Assembly (NCBI GenBank): GCA_965116415.1
Contig: OZ220693.1
Location: 2,220,753 to 2,284,752 of the forward strand
DNA from: Dehalococcoidia bacterium
GTDB lineage: Bacteria; Chloroflexota; Dehalococcoidia; Lucifugimonadales; UBA1123
DNA: 64,000 bases
Reading direction: 5' to 3'
Within the stretch, counting starts at the first letter, position 1, and each line of letters opens with the position of its first letter. The position numbers and the translations under genes were made by a program. The notes under the pieces are model-generated. The model saw only the letters and a program-made list of their open reading frames with translations, made no database searches and had not been told where the DNA came from. Shown piece by piece: positions 53,528 through 62,204 of this stretch.

Positions 53528-53686
53528 TTTCACCCCCAGATCAGGTCCGGGGCAGGCTCTCACCCCAACCCTCTCCCCCGTGTCCAGCACGGGGCAGGCT
53601 CTGAGGGCGAGGGGGCCGTTGATTGACATTCGCACCTGTCCGCACACCTCTACATACCCCTGTGAGCCCGTCAAGGAAGAGGGGGC
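53528..53686 (+). repeat. Family-A compound array (A' variants plus long composite form)
   Basis: tttcacccccagatcaggtccggggcaggctctcaccccaaccctctcccccgtgtccagcacggggcaggctctgagggcgagggggccgttgattgacattcgcacctgtccgcacacctctacatacccctgtgagcccgtcaaggaagagggggc. Confidence 0.9.
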
Positions 53687-53706
53687 GAATGACCGCCAGT
53701 TACGAT

Positions 53707-53733
53707 GTAGGGGCGGTTCGCGAACCGCCCGCC
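53707..53733. repeat. Family-C palindrome (imperfect copy), just 3' of hisIE
   Basis: gtaggggcggttcgcgaaccgcccgcc. Confidence 0.85.
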
Positions 53734-53736
53734 TGA

Positions 53737-54357
53737 CTACCCCCGACGCTCTCTGAGCTCTGTCCACACCTGTTCGGGGCGGACCCCTGATGCGGACATC
53801 ATTACGAGGCAGTGGTAGAGAAGGTCGGCCATCTCGGACGCCACGCCGTCGCCGTCTTCCTTGGCTCCGGCGAGCGCAGCCTCTCCGGCCTCTTCGATCA
53901 CCTTCTGGGCGATGCGGTCGGAGCCGCCCTGGAACAGGCTGGTCGTGTAGCTGCCCTCGGGCATCTCCTCCCTGCGGTCCTGGATCACCGAGTACAGCTC
54001 TTCCAGGATGCCGGGGCCCTTCTCAGGCGCTTCGAAATCGGGCATGTCGTCGAACGGCGTGAAGAAGCAGGTCGGTTCGCCGGTGTGGCAGATCGGGCCG
54101 TCCGGGATCACCTTGAGCAGGATAACGTCGCCATCGCAGTCGACCGACGCCGATCTGATTCTCATGTAGTTGCCTGAGACCTCGCCCTTGTGCCACATGT
54201 CGGCGCGGCTGCGGGAGTAGAACCAGACCTCGCCGCCTTCGAGGGTGCGCTTCAGCGCGCCGGGGTTGATGTAGCCCAGCATGATGACCTCACCGGTCTC
54301 GGCGTGCTGGCAGATAGCTGGGGCAAGGCCCTTATCGTCGAGCAGGACTGTCGGCAT
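53737..54357 (-). CDS. hisIE: Bifunctional phosphoribosyl-AMP cyclohydrolase / phosphoribosyl-ATP pyrophosphatase
   Basis: Start taken at ATG 54357 (MPTVLLDDKGLAPAICQHAETGEVIMLGYINPGAL...WHKGEVSGNYM...DCDGDVILLKV...CHTGEPTCFF). The C-terminal HisE part is ...SYTTSLFQGGSDRIAQKVIEEAGE. Confidence 0.93.
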   Translation of the reverse strand: MPTVLLDDKGLAPAICQHAETGEVIMLGYINPGALKRTLEGGEVWFYSRSRADMWHKGEVSGNYMRIRSASVDCDGDVILLKVIPDGPICHTGEPTCFFTPFDDMPDFEAPEKGPGILEELYSVIQDRREEMPEGSYTTSLFQGGSDRIAQKVIEEAGEAALAGAKEDGDGVASEMADLLYHCLVMMSASGVRPEQVWTELRERRG

Positions 54358-54400
54358 TTTTCTTTCCTCCGATGGATCTAGGTTGAGGGTGCTCAAGGCT

Positions 54401-54450
54401 TTCACCCTCACCCCAACCCTCTCCCTGAGGGAGAGGGGGACTATTGATTG
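54401..54450 (+). repeat. Family-A element (short form) between hisF and hisIE
   Basis: ttcaccctcaccccaaccctctccctgagggagagggggactattgattg. It abuts the hisF stop codon (54451-53). Confidence 0.9.
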
Positions 54451-55266
54451 TCACTCTACTGGGCGAATGGGTACTTCTTGGTCATGTAGGTACTGCTTGA
54501 TGTCTTTGACCCTGTAGGCGCCGAAGTGGAAGACGCTGGCGGCGAGCACGGCGTCGGCCTTGCCGTAGTCCAGGGCGTCCAGGAAGTGGTCTGGCGTTCC
54601 CGCGCCGCCGCTGGCGATGACGGGGACCGTGACCGACGACGAGATGGCGCGGAGCATGTCGAGGTCGTAGCCGGTCTGGTGGCCGTCGGTGTCCATGCTG
54701 GTGAGCAGCAGCTCGCCTGCACCGAGTTCGTTGACCCTAACCGCCCATTTGAGCGCGTCGATGCCGGTGGGTGTCCTGCCGCCGCGGACGTAGACTTCCC
54801 AGCGAGAGTCATCGTCAATGGCGAGGGTGGGGTCTTCGCAGATGACCCTCTCGTCGCCTGGCTTTATCGCGGTGGCGTCTATGGCGACGACGATGCACTG
54901 GGAGCCGAAGTGGTCCGACGCCTCAGCAACCAGCTCCGGTTCGCTGACTGCCGCCGTGTTGAGTGAGACCTTGTCGGCCCCCGCCTCTAGCATCCGGCGC
55001 ACGTCGGCGACGCTCCTCATGCCGCCGCCTACGGTGAACGGGATGAACAGTCGCTCTGCGACTTCCCGCACCACGTTCAGCATGATGTCGCGGGAGTCTG
55101 AGCTTGCGGTGATGTCCAGCAGAACAAGCTCGTCCGCGCCCTCGGCGTCGTAGTACGTGGCGAGCTGCACCGGGTCGCCGGCGTCGCGTATCTCGATGAA
55201 GCTGATGCCCTTGACGACGCGACCGTCGTCGACGTCGAGGCATGGAATGATTCGCTTGGTCAGCAT
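54451..55266 (-). CDS. hisF: Imidazole glycerol phosphate synthase, cyclase subunit
   Basis: Start taken at ATG 55266 ([33 protein letters not shown]...). The 79 upstream codons of the track ORF are Arg/His-rich and overlap hisA. Confidence 0.95.
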   Translation of the reverse strand: MLTKRIIPCLDVDDGRVVKGISFIEIRDAGDPVQLATYYDAEGADELVLLDITASSDSRDIMLNVVREVAERLFIPFTVGGGMRSVADVRRMLEAGADKVSLNTAAVSEPELVAEASDHFGSQCIVVAIDATAIKPGDERVICEDPTLAIDDDSRWEVYVRGGRTPTGIDALKWAVRVNELGAGELLLTSMDTDGHQTGYDLDMLRAISSSVTVPVIASGGAGTPDHFLDALDYGKADAVLAASVFHFGAYRVKDIKQYLHDQEVPIRPVE

Positions 55267-55997
55267 ATGTGCCCTGTGGTTCCGCCGATGACGTTGACGG
55301 CCTCGGCGAGGTCTATGTCGCCGGTGTACAGCGCGCGTCCGATGACCACGCCTCCGACTCCGATGTAGCTGAGGTTTCTGATGTGGTCCACAGAGGCGAT
55401 GCCGCCAGCGGCGATGACACCGTCTCCAGCGATTGCCACGAGGCTGCGCATGAGATCGTAGTTGGGCCCTGTGAGCGTGCCGTCTCGTGATATGTCGGTA
55501 CACAGGAACGTGCTGACGCCCGCGTCCATCATCAGGCGGAGCAGGTCGGTGGCAGTGGTCTCGCTCCCGGCTGTCCAGCCTGAGACCTCGACGTTGCCGT
55601 CACGAGAGTCTACCGCCACCAGGACGGCCTCGGAGCCGAAGCGCTCACAGGCTGTCGTGACCACCTCGGGGTCTCGAACAGCCACGGTGCCCAGCATGAC
55701 GCGGTCGACGCCGGAGTCCAGCACCTCTTGTACAGAGTCCAGGGTGCGGACGCCACCTCCCATCTGCACGGGAAGGCTCACGGCATCGGCTATGCGGCGT
55801 ATGACGTCGAGGTTCTGGGGAGTGCCTGCTTTGGCTCCGTCCAGGTCGATAACGTGGATGCGTCCTGCGCCAAGTCGCTCCCAGCGAAGGGCGACCTCGA
55901 CGGGGTCGTCAGAGTAGACGGTCTCCTGGGAGTAGTCGCCCTGGTAGAGGCGCACGCAGCGGCCGTCGATAAGGTCGATGGCTGGTATGACCTCCAT
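55260..55997 (-). CDS. hisA: 1-(5-phosphoribosyl)-5-[(5-phosphoribosylamino)methylideneamino]imidazole-4-carboxamide isomerase
   Basis: [58 protein letters not shown]. It overlaps hisF by 7 nt. Confidence 0.93.
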   Translation of the reverse strand: MEVIPAIDLIDGRCVRLYQGDYSQETVYSDDPVEVALRWERLGAGRIHVIDLDGAKAGTPQNLDVIRRIADAVSLPVQMGGGVRTLDSVQEVLDSGVDRVMLGTVAVRDPEVVTTACERFGSEAVLVAVDSRDGNVEVSGWTAGSETTATDLLRLMMDAGVSTFLCTDISRDGTLTGPNYDLMRSLVAIAGDGVIAAGGIASVDHIRNLSYIGVGGVVIGRALYTGDIDLAEAVNVIGGTTGHIC

Positions 55998-56042
55998 CAC
56001 CCTCACCCCAGCCCTCTCCCGTCAAGGGAGAGGGGGCAATTG
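55998..56042 (+). repeat. Family-A element (short form) between hisH and hisA
   Basis: caccctcaccccagccctctcccgtcaagggagagggggcaattg. It begins directly next to the hisA ATG (55997). Confidence 0.9.
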
Positions 56043-56068
56043 GAATACTCCATCTGCACCGCTCCCCG

Positions 56069-56698
56069 TCAGGACTCGCGTACGAACCGCACGAAGTTGT
56101 CGTAGATCTTCAGCCCGATGCTGCCGCTCTTCTCAGGATGGAACTGGACGGCGGCTACCGAGTCCCACGCCACCGCGCTGCAGAACTCGACGCCGTAGTC
56201 GGTGGTGCCAGCGACGATGTCGGAGTCCTCAGGGTCGGCGAAGTAGCTGTGGACGAAGTAGAAGTGAGAGCCGTCGGGCACGCCTTCGAAGAAGGGGTGG
56301 TCCCTGTGCCACGTCACCTCGTTCCAGCCCATGTGCGGGATCTTCTGACCTCCGGGAAGTCGCCGACACCTGCCTCCGACGACACCGAGACAGGGCTCGT
56401 CGCCCTCGTCTGATGCGTCGAGCAGGAGCTGGAGTCCAAGGCACACGCCGAGGAACGGCTTACCGCTGGAGATGTAGTCACGTATCGGGTCGATCAGTCC
56501 TCGCTGGCGCATGTGGCGCATGGAGGAGTCGCAGGCTCCCTGGCCGGGGACGACGATGGCGTCCGCTGACGTAATGCTGTCGATGGACGACGTGATCTCG
56601 GCGTTGGCGTCGAAGCGCTCCAGCGCCTTCTGGACGCTGCGGAGGTTGCCAGCGTCGTAGTCAACTATGGCTATGGTGGGGGCCACGGTGTCAGTCAT
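56069..56698 (-). CDS. hisH: Imidazole glycerol phosphate synthase, glutamine amidotransferase subunit
   Basis: IAIVDYDAGNLRSVQKALE...PFLGVCLGLQLL...VHSYF...AVQFHPEKSG. Confidence 0.93.
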   Translation of the reverse strand: MTDTVAPTIAIVDYDAGNLRSVQKALERFDANAEITSSIDSITSADAIVVPGQGACDSSMRHMRQRGLIDPIRDYISSGKPFLGVCLGLQLLLDASDEGDEPCLGVVGGRCRRLPGGQKIPHMGWNEVTWHRDHPFFEGVPDGSHFYFVHSYFADPEDSDIVAGTTDYGVEFCSAVAWDSVAAVQFHPEKSGSIGLKIYDNFVRFVRES

Positions 56699-56707
56699 CC
56701 TTATCTA

Positions 56708-56757
56708 CAATCAACTAACCCCCTCTCCCTGAGGGAGAGGGCTGGGGTGAGGGTGAA
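56708..56757 (-). repeat. Family-A element (short form), inverted orientation
   Basis: caatcaactaaccccctctccctgagggagagggctggggtgagggtgaa. Confidence 0.9.
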
Positions 56758-56792
56758 AAGCACGAATACCCACCCCTTCTCACTCCTCACTC

Positions 56793-57368
56793 CTATTCTC
56801 TCTCTCCTCCTTCAGGTCGCTGGCCGGTGACGATCTCGAACGGCAGATGCCGGTCTTCGTAGCGGGCAAGCATGAAGAGCAGGTCGGAGAGCCGGTTCAG
56901 GTAGACCAGCAGGTGGATGTTCGGTAGGAGTCCGGCGGTCTTCAGGTCGACGACGCGACGCTCGGCGGTGCGCACCTGGGTCCTTGCCAAGTCGAGCGCC
57001 GATGACGCTATAGACGCGCCGGGGATTATGAAGTTTGGAGGAAGCTCGACCTCCTCACCGATCTCGTCGATGAGCTTTTCGAGCCGGGTGACGTGAGACT
57101 CGTCGACGATCTGGAAGTGTTCAAGCAGAAGATGCCTGTTGGATGGGTCGGTGGCAAGCTCGGCTCCGATCATGAACATCTCGCGCTGGACTTCGAGCAG
57201 GATGTCCTTGACCCTGTCCTCGGTGGCCAGGGCGCGGGAGAGTCCGATAGCGGATACCGCGTGGTCTGTCGAGCCGTACGCCTCGGTGCGAACGTCGGAC
57301 TTGGATACGCGCCCGCCGAACAGCAGGCCGGTATCTCCCTCGTCGCCTGAGCGGGTGTATATCTGCAA
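56793..57368 (-). CDS. PduO-type ATP:cob(I)alamin adenosyltransferase
   Basis: MQIYTRSGDEGDTGLLFGGRVSKSDVRTEAYGSTD... is the canonical PduO/MMAB-type N-terminus. Confidence 0.88.
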   Translation of the reverse strand: MQIYTRSGDEGDTGLLFGGRVSKSDVRTEAYGSTDHAVSAIGLSRALATEDRVKDILLEVQREMFMIGAELATDPSNRHLLLEHFQIVDESHVTRLEKLIDEIGEEVELPPNFIIPGASIASSALDLARTQVRTAERRVVDLKTAGLLPNIHLLVYLNRLSDLLFMLARYEDRHLPFEIVTGQRPEGGERE

Positions 57369-57466
57369 GTGGCTCGTACCTCCGGGCGGTATTATAGCAA
57401 CGGGTGTGGGTGGATGGCATGGGGAGATAGTCTGCAGAGGGTGACACCATGGTCGTAATCGACGTT

Positions 57467-57508
57467 TTCACCCTCACCCCAGCCCTCTCCCTGAGGGAGA
57501 GGGGGCCG
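57467..57508 (+). repeat. Family-A element (short form)
   Basis: ttcaccctcaccccagccctctccctgagggagagggggccg. Confidence 0.9.
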
Positions 57509-57732
57509 CTAGAGGGAAAATGAAGAGAGGGCGGCATCCATGCGTCGCATTTCGGCGAATGGGTCGAATCTCTGCATCGTCATATCTGTCTTACCTCCGT
57601 GTATGCTGGTTATCGATGAGATTGTGGCCCTGTTGCCACTCGGTTGATACATGGATTGTAGGTAACATATCAATTCTTGTCAATATATATGATATGGTTC
57701 GTATCAATATAGAGATAACGCTATGTGGCATA

Positions 57733-57741
57733 TGTTATAAT
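57733..57741 (+). promoter_or_regulatory. Putative extended -10 promoter element (TGtTATAAT) for the J-protein gene
   Basis: tgttataat lies at 57733-41 within a ~200-nt strongly A+T-rich spacer. It is ~35 nt upstream of GTG 57776. Confidence 0.3.
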
Positions 57742-57775
57742 TCGCATATCCCATAGTATTGGTTGGCGGACCCAA

Positions 57776-58663
57776 GTGGCAGATTACTACAGCGTTCTTG
57801 GCGTAGAGCGGGGAGCGGAACAGAATGACATCCGGCGAGCATTCCGGAGGCTTGCTCGGAAGTACCATCCTGACCTAAACAAGGACGACTCAGACGCCGA
57901 GGCCAAGTTCAAGGAGGTCAACGAGGCGTACGAGGTGCTGTCCGACGCTGACAGCCGTAAGAAGTACGACGCCTACGGAGACCAGTGGAAGCACGCTGAC
58001 GAGATCGAGGCGCAGCGAAGGGCCGCGAGCAGCACCTATGACTTCATGGGTGGGGCATACCGGGGCAGACCGACTTCGGAGAGCGACCTCTTCTCCGGCC
58101 TCGAGGACATTCTTGGCGACGTGGGTCGCTTCCGGGGCAACCGCCACGGCGCCGGCACGATCCGTTCTGAGACGTCGGTGACCGTGTCGCTGGAGGAGGC
58201 GTACAGGGGCACGACGGTCAACGCCAACTACACCGTGCGCGGCAGGAACCGGCGGTTCGAGGTCGACATCCCCCCAGGCGTGGACAACGGCAGCACGGTG
58301 CGGGTGACTCCTGAGCCGGGCACCGAGATGCTGTTCAGGGTGTCCGTATCGCCCAACGGGCGCTTCAGGCGTGAGGGCGCAGCCCTGTACACAGACGTCG
58401 ACATCCCGTTCGAGCAGTGCATACTCGGCGGCGAGACGCAGCTGCGGACGCTGGACGGCCGGACGATCTGGGTGAAGATCCCGGCCAACAGCCAGAACGG
58501 ACAGAACATCCGGCTGCGAGGCCAGGGGATGCCAAGGCTGGGGTCGCCGGACACCAGGGGCGACCTGTACGTCACAGTGAGGCCGCAGATGCCGAGGTCG
58601 CTCACCGACGAGCAGCGCGAGCTGGTCGAGAAGCTTCAGGAGCTGCGGTCGGGGGCTGAGTAG
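57776..58663 (+). CDS. DnaJ-class co-chaperone lacking the zinc-finger domain (CbpA-like)
   Basis: GTG 57776 gives (M)[36 protein letters not shown]...[21 protein letters not shown]-terminal DnaJ_C beta domains are present and there are no CxxCxGxG repeats. Confidence 0.88.
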   Translation: MADYYSVLGVERGAEQNDIRRAFRRLARKYHPDLNKDDSDAEAKFKEVNEAYEVLSDADSRKKYDAYGDQWKHADEIEAQRRAASSTYDFMGGAYRGRPTSESDLFSGLEDILGDVGRFRGNRHGAGTIRSETSVTVSLEEAYRGTTVNANYTVRGRNRRFEVDIPPGVDNGSTVRVTPEPGTEMLFRVSVSPNGRFRREGAALYTDVDIPFEQCILGGETQLRTLDGRTIWVKIPANSQNGQNIRLRGQGMPRLGSPDTRGDLYVTVRPQMPRSLTDEQRELVEKLQELRSGAE

Positions 58664-58781
58664 GGCCCGCAGGACTTTCCAGGCTCAAACGCATTCCTCC
58701 ATATAGACAGGCTACGTGACGCATTACGTGCACTCCTAACATTCCTATGGTAGAATACGTCGTGATTGGACAGAAACCTTC

Positions 58782-59030
58782 ATGGCCTCAGCAGAACATC
58801 CAATAACTCGTTCAGAGCTCCGAGAGGAGCTGCGCCACTACGCGACCAAGGATGACCTGACCAGCCTAGAACTCAGATTGACTAGGGAGATAGGCGATCT
58901 CAGGGCTGAAGTAAAGGGAGAGATTACTACCCTCATCAAGTGGATGGTGGGTGTCCAGGTTGGTGGGGTCGCGGCGATTGCGGCAATCGCGTCCGCTGCC
59001 ATTGCCATTGCGAAGCTTGTAGGTGTATGA
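58782..59030 (+). CDS. Small coiled-coil protein with a C-terminal membrane anchor (DUF1640-like, hypothetical)
   Basis: 82 aa. ...ELRHYATKDDLTSLELRLTREIGDLRAEVKGEI... is followed by the hydrophobic tail VGGVAAIAAIASAAIAIAKLV. Confidence 0.5.
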   Translation: MASAEHPITRSELREELRHYATKDDLTSLELRLTREIGDLRAEVKGEITTLIKWMVGVQVGGVAAIAAIASAAIAIAKLVGV

Positions 59031-59035
59031 CGGCT

Positions 59036-60097
59036 TCACTCACGGGTCAGCTTGAGGATTGTGCCATTTTCGCCGACTGCCCAGGCGGTGTTGGGGTCTG
59101 AGAAGGTGATGGCCCTGAGCGTGGAGTCGGTCACTGAGGGTTCCTGGGACCATGTCAGGCCTCCGTCGATGGTGTGCATGGTCTGACCGGATGAACCGAC
59201 GGCCCAGCCCTCCTGGGCGTCCACGAAGGCGACGTCCCACAGGAACTTGCCGGTGTCGGCGTCGACGCGAGTCCAGGTCTGTCCACCGTCCGTTGTGTGG
59301 GCGACCATTCCGTCGGTGAGATACTTGACGAACTGGACGCCTGACGAGAGCCCACGTTCTTTGCCGCGCCATCCGGCGATCCAACCTCTGCGCTCGTCGA
59401 GGAAGTAGATGCCGGACGCTCCTATTTCGACTTGGTTCACACCTCCAAGCAACTGCCAGGACTCACCGGAGTCAGTGGTGGCTACAACACCACCGGACGT
59501 GAGTACGACCCACGAGTGACTGTCGTTCAGGACGAAGGCGTTCGATCTGGCCTGAGCAGTATCGAAGAACTGGCGCGTCCAGGTCGCGCCGCCGTCGGCG
59601 GTCCTTAGGGTGAAGCCGCCCCGCTCGGTGACGATCCAGCCGGAATCGGGGTTGGTGAAGCTGACGAGAATCAGGTCCAGCCCGAGCGCGGCCTCGTGCG
59701 CCGCCTGCACCCATGTCTCCCCTCCGTCAGTGGTGTGAAGAATCAGCCCGAGGTGTCCGACTGCCCAGCCGGTTTGGGCATCCACGAAGTCTACGCTGCG
59801 GATGGTCAGCTCGAAGCCGGAGTCCTGAGCTTGCCAGGTCTCGCCGCCGTCGGAGGTGGCGATGATGGCGCCGTCCCGCCCAACTGCCCAGCCGTGGGCC
59901 GGGTCGACGAAGTCCACGGCGAAGAGGGTTGAAGTTACGCCGGAGTGGATGGGCTGCCAGCGGTTGCCGGAGGAAGGTGCAGCGGAGTCGTCTATGTCCC
60001 TGGTGAAGTAGATGGTGGAGACGATCAGGGCAACGGCGAAGAGCAGCGCTACAGCGACTGTAATGGAGGTGGGGTTTCTGAGGCATCGGAATGTCAT
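59036..60097 (-). CDS. BNR/Asp-box repeat beta-propeller protein (Ycf48/photosystem II assembly factor-like fold), N-terminally anchored
   Basis: Six S/T-x-D-G-G-x-T-W motifs: SDGGETW, TDGGETW, ADGGATW, TDSGESW, TDGGQTW and IDGGLTW. There is an N-terminal TM segment. Confidence 0.8.
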   Translation of the reverse strand: MTFRCLRNPTSITVAVALLFAVALIVSTIYFTRDIDDSAAPSSGNRWQPIHSGVTSTLFAVDFVDPAHGWAVGRDGAIIATSDGGETWQAQDSGFELTIRSVDFVDAQTGWAVGHLGLILHTTDGGETWVQAAHEAALGLDLILVSFTNPDSGWIVTERGGFTLRTADGGATWTRQFFDTAQARSNAFVLNDSHSWVVLTSGGVVATTDSGESWQLLGGVNQVEIGASGIYFLDERRGWIAGWRGKERGLSSGVQFVKYLTDGMVAHTTDGGQTWTRVDADTGKFLWDVAFVDAQEGWAVGSSGQTMHTIDGGLTWSQEPSVTDSTLRAITFSDPNTAWAVGENGTILKLTRE

Positions 60098-60170
60098 TCC
60101 GGGGAGGTCAATGTAGCCAGATAGATCACCCTCTCCCGGAAGGGACTAACACTGGCAGGCACTCGGGACT

Positions 60171-60279
60171 TTCACCCTCACCCCAGCCCTCTCCCTGAGG
60201 GAGAGGGGGCCGTTGATTGGTGTTCACGCCTGTCTGCACACGTTTACATACCCCTGTGAGCCCGTCAAGGGAGAGGGGA
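60171..60279 (+). repeat. Family-A element, long composite form (archetype)
   Basis: ttcaccctcaccccagccctctccctgagggagagggggccgttgattggtgttcacgcctgtctgcacacgtttacatacccctgtgagcccgtcaagggagagggga. Confidence 0.9.
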
Positions 60280-60291
60280 CTTGGTGGACGG

Positions 60292-61191
60292 TCAGCTGGT
60301 CACGCCGGGGCCGTACTCTCGGACGTCGTTGATGTCGCGGATGGCGTCTCCGACGAAGTTGACGGCGAGGACGATCAGCATAATGACAAGGCCCGGGAAG
60401 GTCGCGAGCCACCAGGCGCGGGTGAAGAACGGACGCGCGTCGTTGAGTATCGAAGCCCAGGTGGGAGTTAACGGAGATACGCCGAGTCCGAGGAACGTGA
60501 GTCCGGCCTCAGCGAGAATCGCGGCGGCGACGAACACGCTGGCCTGGACGATCACGGGCGGCATGGCGTTGGGGAAGATGTGCTTGAACATGAGCCTGCT
60601 GTCCGAAGAGCCCATCGCGCGACCGGCGATCACGAAGTCTTCTTCCTTGAGCATGAGCACCATGCCTCGAATGACGCGGGCGAAGTCGTCGACGTAGGCG
60701 AGCGCGATGGCGACTATCACGTTGGACAGTCCGAGGCCGAAGATTGCGACGAGCATGACGGCGAGGATGAAGTTCGGGAATGCCCACAGGATGTCTATGA
60801 GCCTCATTACCAGCATGTCCATCCAGCCGCCGTAGTAACCGGCGGCGACGCCGAGGACTATGCCGACCGCTGCCGCCAGGATGACCGTGCTGAGGCCGAC
60901 GACCATCGATATTCGAGCGCCCACGATGATCCTGCTGAGCACGTCTCGTCCCACGTTGTCCGTTCCCAAGGGGTGTCCGATAGTGGGAGCAGCTAGCAGC
61001 TCGTAGTCCTGGGCGTCAGGGTCGTATGGCGCCGCGAACCTGCCCAGGAGAGCGCACAGCACGAAGATGATGATGATTACGAGGCCAACCATCGCGCGCT
61101 TGTCGCGCCTGAACCTGCGGGCGAAGTAACGGAAGCTGCGCCTGTTTTCGCGCTGGCCTTCCAGTTCTGCCTGTATGGTGTCCTGCGCCAT
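60292..61191 (-). CDS. ABC transporter permease, DppC/OppC-like
   Basis: 299 aa. ...EAGLTFLGLGVSPLTPTWA...IRDINDV. It abuts the upstream permease gene. Confidence 0.9.
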   Translation of the reverse strand: MAQDTIQAELEGQRENRRSFRYFARRFRRDKRAMVGLVIIIIFVLCALLGRFAAPYDPDAQDYELLAAPTIGHPLGTDNVGRDVLSRIIVGARISMVVGLSTVILAAAVGIVLGVAAGYYGGWMDMLVMRLIDILWAFPNFILAVMLVAIFGLGLSNVIVAIALAYVDDFARVIRGMVLMLKEEDFVIAGRAMGSSDSRLMFKHIFPNAMPPVIVQASVFVAAAILAEAGLTFLGLGVSPLTPTWASILNDARPFFTRAWWLATFPGLVIMLIVLAVNFVGDAIRDINDVREYGPGVTS

Positions 61192-62139
61192 CTAGTCGGT
61201 GTACCGGATGCGCGGGTTGATGATTGCGTAGAGTATGTCCACGAAGAAGTTCATGAAGATGAATATGAAAGCGACGAGCAGGATAACGCCCTGGACGACC
61301 GGATAGTCGCGACCCAGTATGGAGTCGATAAAGAGCCTTCCCAACCCTCTTATGGCAAACACGTTCTCGGTGATCACGGCGCCATTGAGAAGGATCGCGA
61401 GAGCAATGCCCATGACCGTAACCACGGGAATCAGACCGTTCCTGAGCGCGTGTCTGAAGATGACCACGCGCTCACGCATACCCTTGGCGTAGGCAGTACG
61501 TATGTAGTCCTGCGAGAGGACCTCAAGCATGGCCGAGCGGGTCTGACGGGCGAGAATCGCGCCGAACCCGGTGCCCGTCGCGAGCGCGGGCAGGATCAGC
61601 TTGCTTAACCAGTCCCATAGCCCGTCAGAGATCGGCGAGTACCCGAACACGGGCAGCCAGTCGAGCTGCACGCCGAACACGATTATCAGCAGAATCCCCA
61701 GCCAGAAGCCAGGCATGGCGAGCCCAAGGAACGCTATGAGCGTCGCTGCATGGTCCCAGATCGAGTACCGCCTGATGGCTGAGATTATGCCCGCCGGTAT
61801 GCCGATGAACACACCTGCGGCGAACGATACCAGGGACAGCGATAGGGTCCGAGGCAGCGCCTCCATGATCTGTCCGGTCACGGGGAGGCGGCGGTAGATG
61901 CTATCGCCAAGGTCCAGGGTGGCCATGTTCCTGATGTACAGGAAGTACTGCACCCAGACCGGCTGGTCCAAGCCCAGACGCTCCTTTATCGCCTCGATCT
62001 GTGACGGGTCTCCCTCCTGCCCGACCATCGTGGTGATGGGATCGCCAGGGAGGAGACGCATGAAGATGAACGTCACCGTTATGGTCGCCCAGATGGCGAA
62101 AATCGAGAATATGAACCTGCGTATCAGATAGCGTTGCAT
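61192..62139 (-). CDS. ABC transporter permease, DppB/OppB-like
   Basis: 315 aa. Starts MQRYLIRRFIFSIFAIWATITVTFIFMRLLPGDP and ends ...INPRIRYTD. Confidence 0.9.
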   Translation of the reverse strand: MQRYLIRRFIFSIFAIWATITVTFIFMRLLPGDPITTMVGQEGDPSQIEAIKERLGLDQPVWVQYFLYIRNMATLDLGDSIYRRLPVTGQIMEALPRTLSLSLVSFAAGVFIGIPAGIISAIRRYSIWDHAATLIAFLGLAMPGFWLGILLIIVFGVQLDWLPVFGYSPISDGLWDWLSKLILPALATGTGFGAILARQTRSAMLEVLSQDYIRTAYAKGMRERVVIFRHALRNGLIPVVTVMGIALAILLNGAVITENVFAIRGLGRLFIDSILGRDYPVVQGVILLVAFIFIFMNFFVDILYAIINPRIRYTD

Positions 62140-62157
62140 ATCGTAGTGGGCCGATCA

Positions 62158-62186
62158 GTAGGGGCAGGTTTGAAACCTGCCCCTAC
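62158..62186. repeat. Family-C-like palindrome (variant loop)
   Basis: gtaggggcaggtttgaaacctgcccctac. It lies between the SBP stop (62205) and the permease start (62139). Confidence 0.85.
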
Positions 62187-62204
62187 GATTAGCGGGTTAC
62201 TAAG

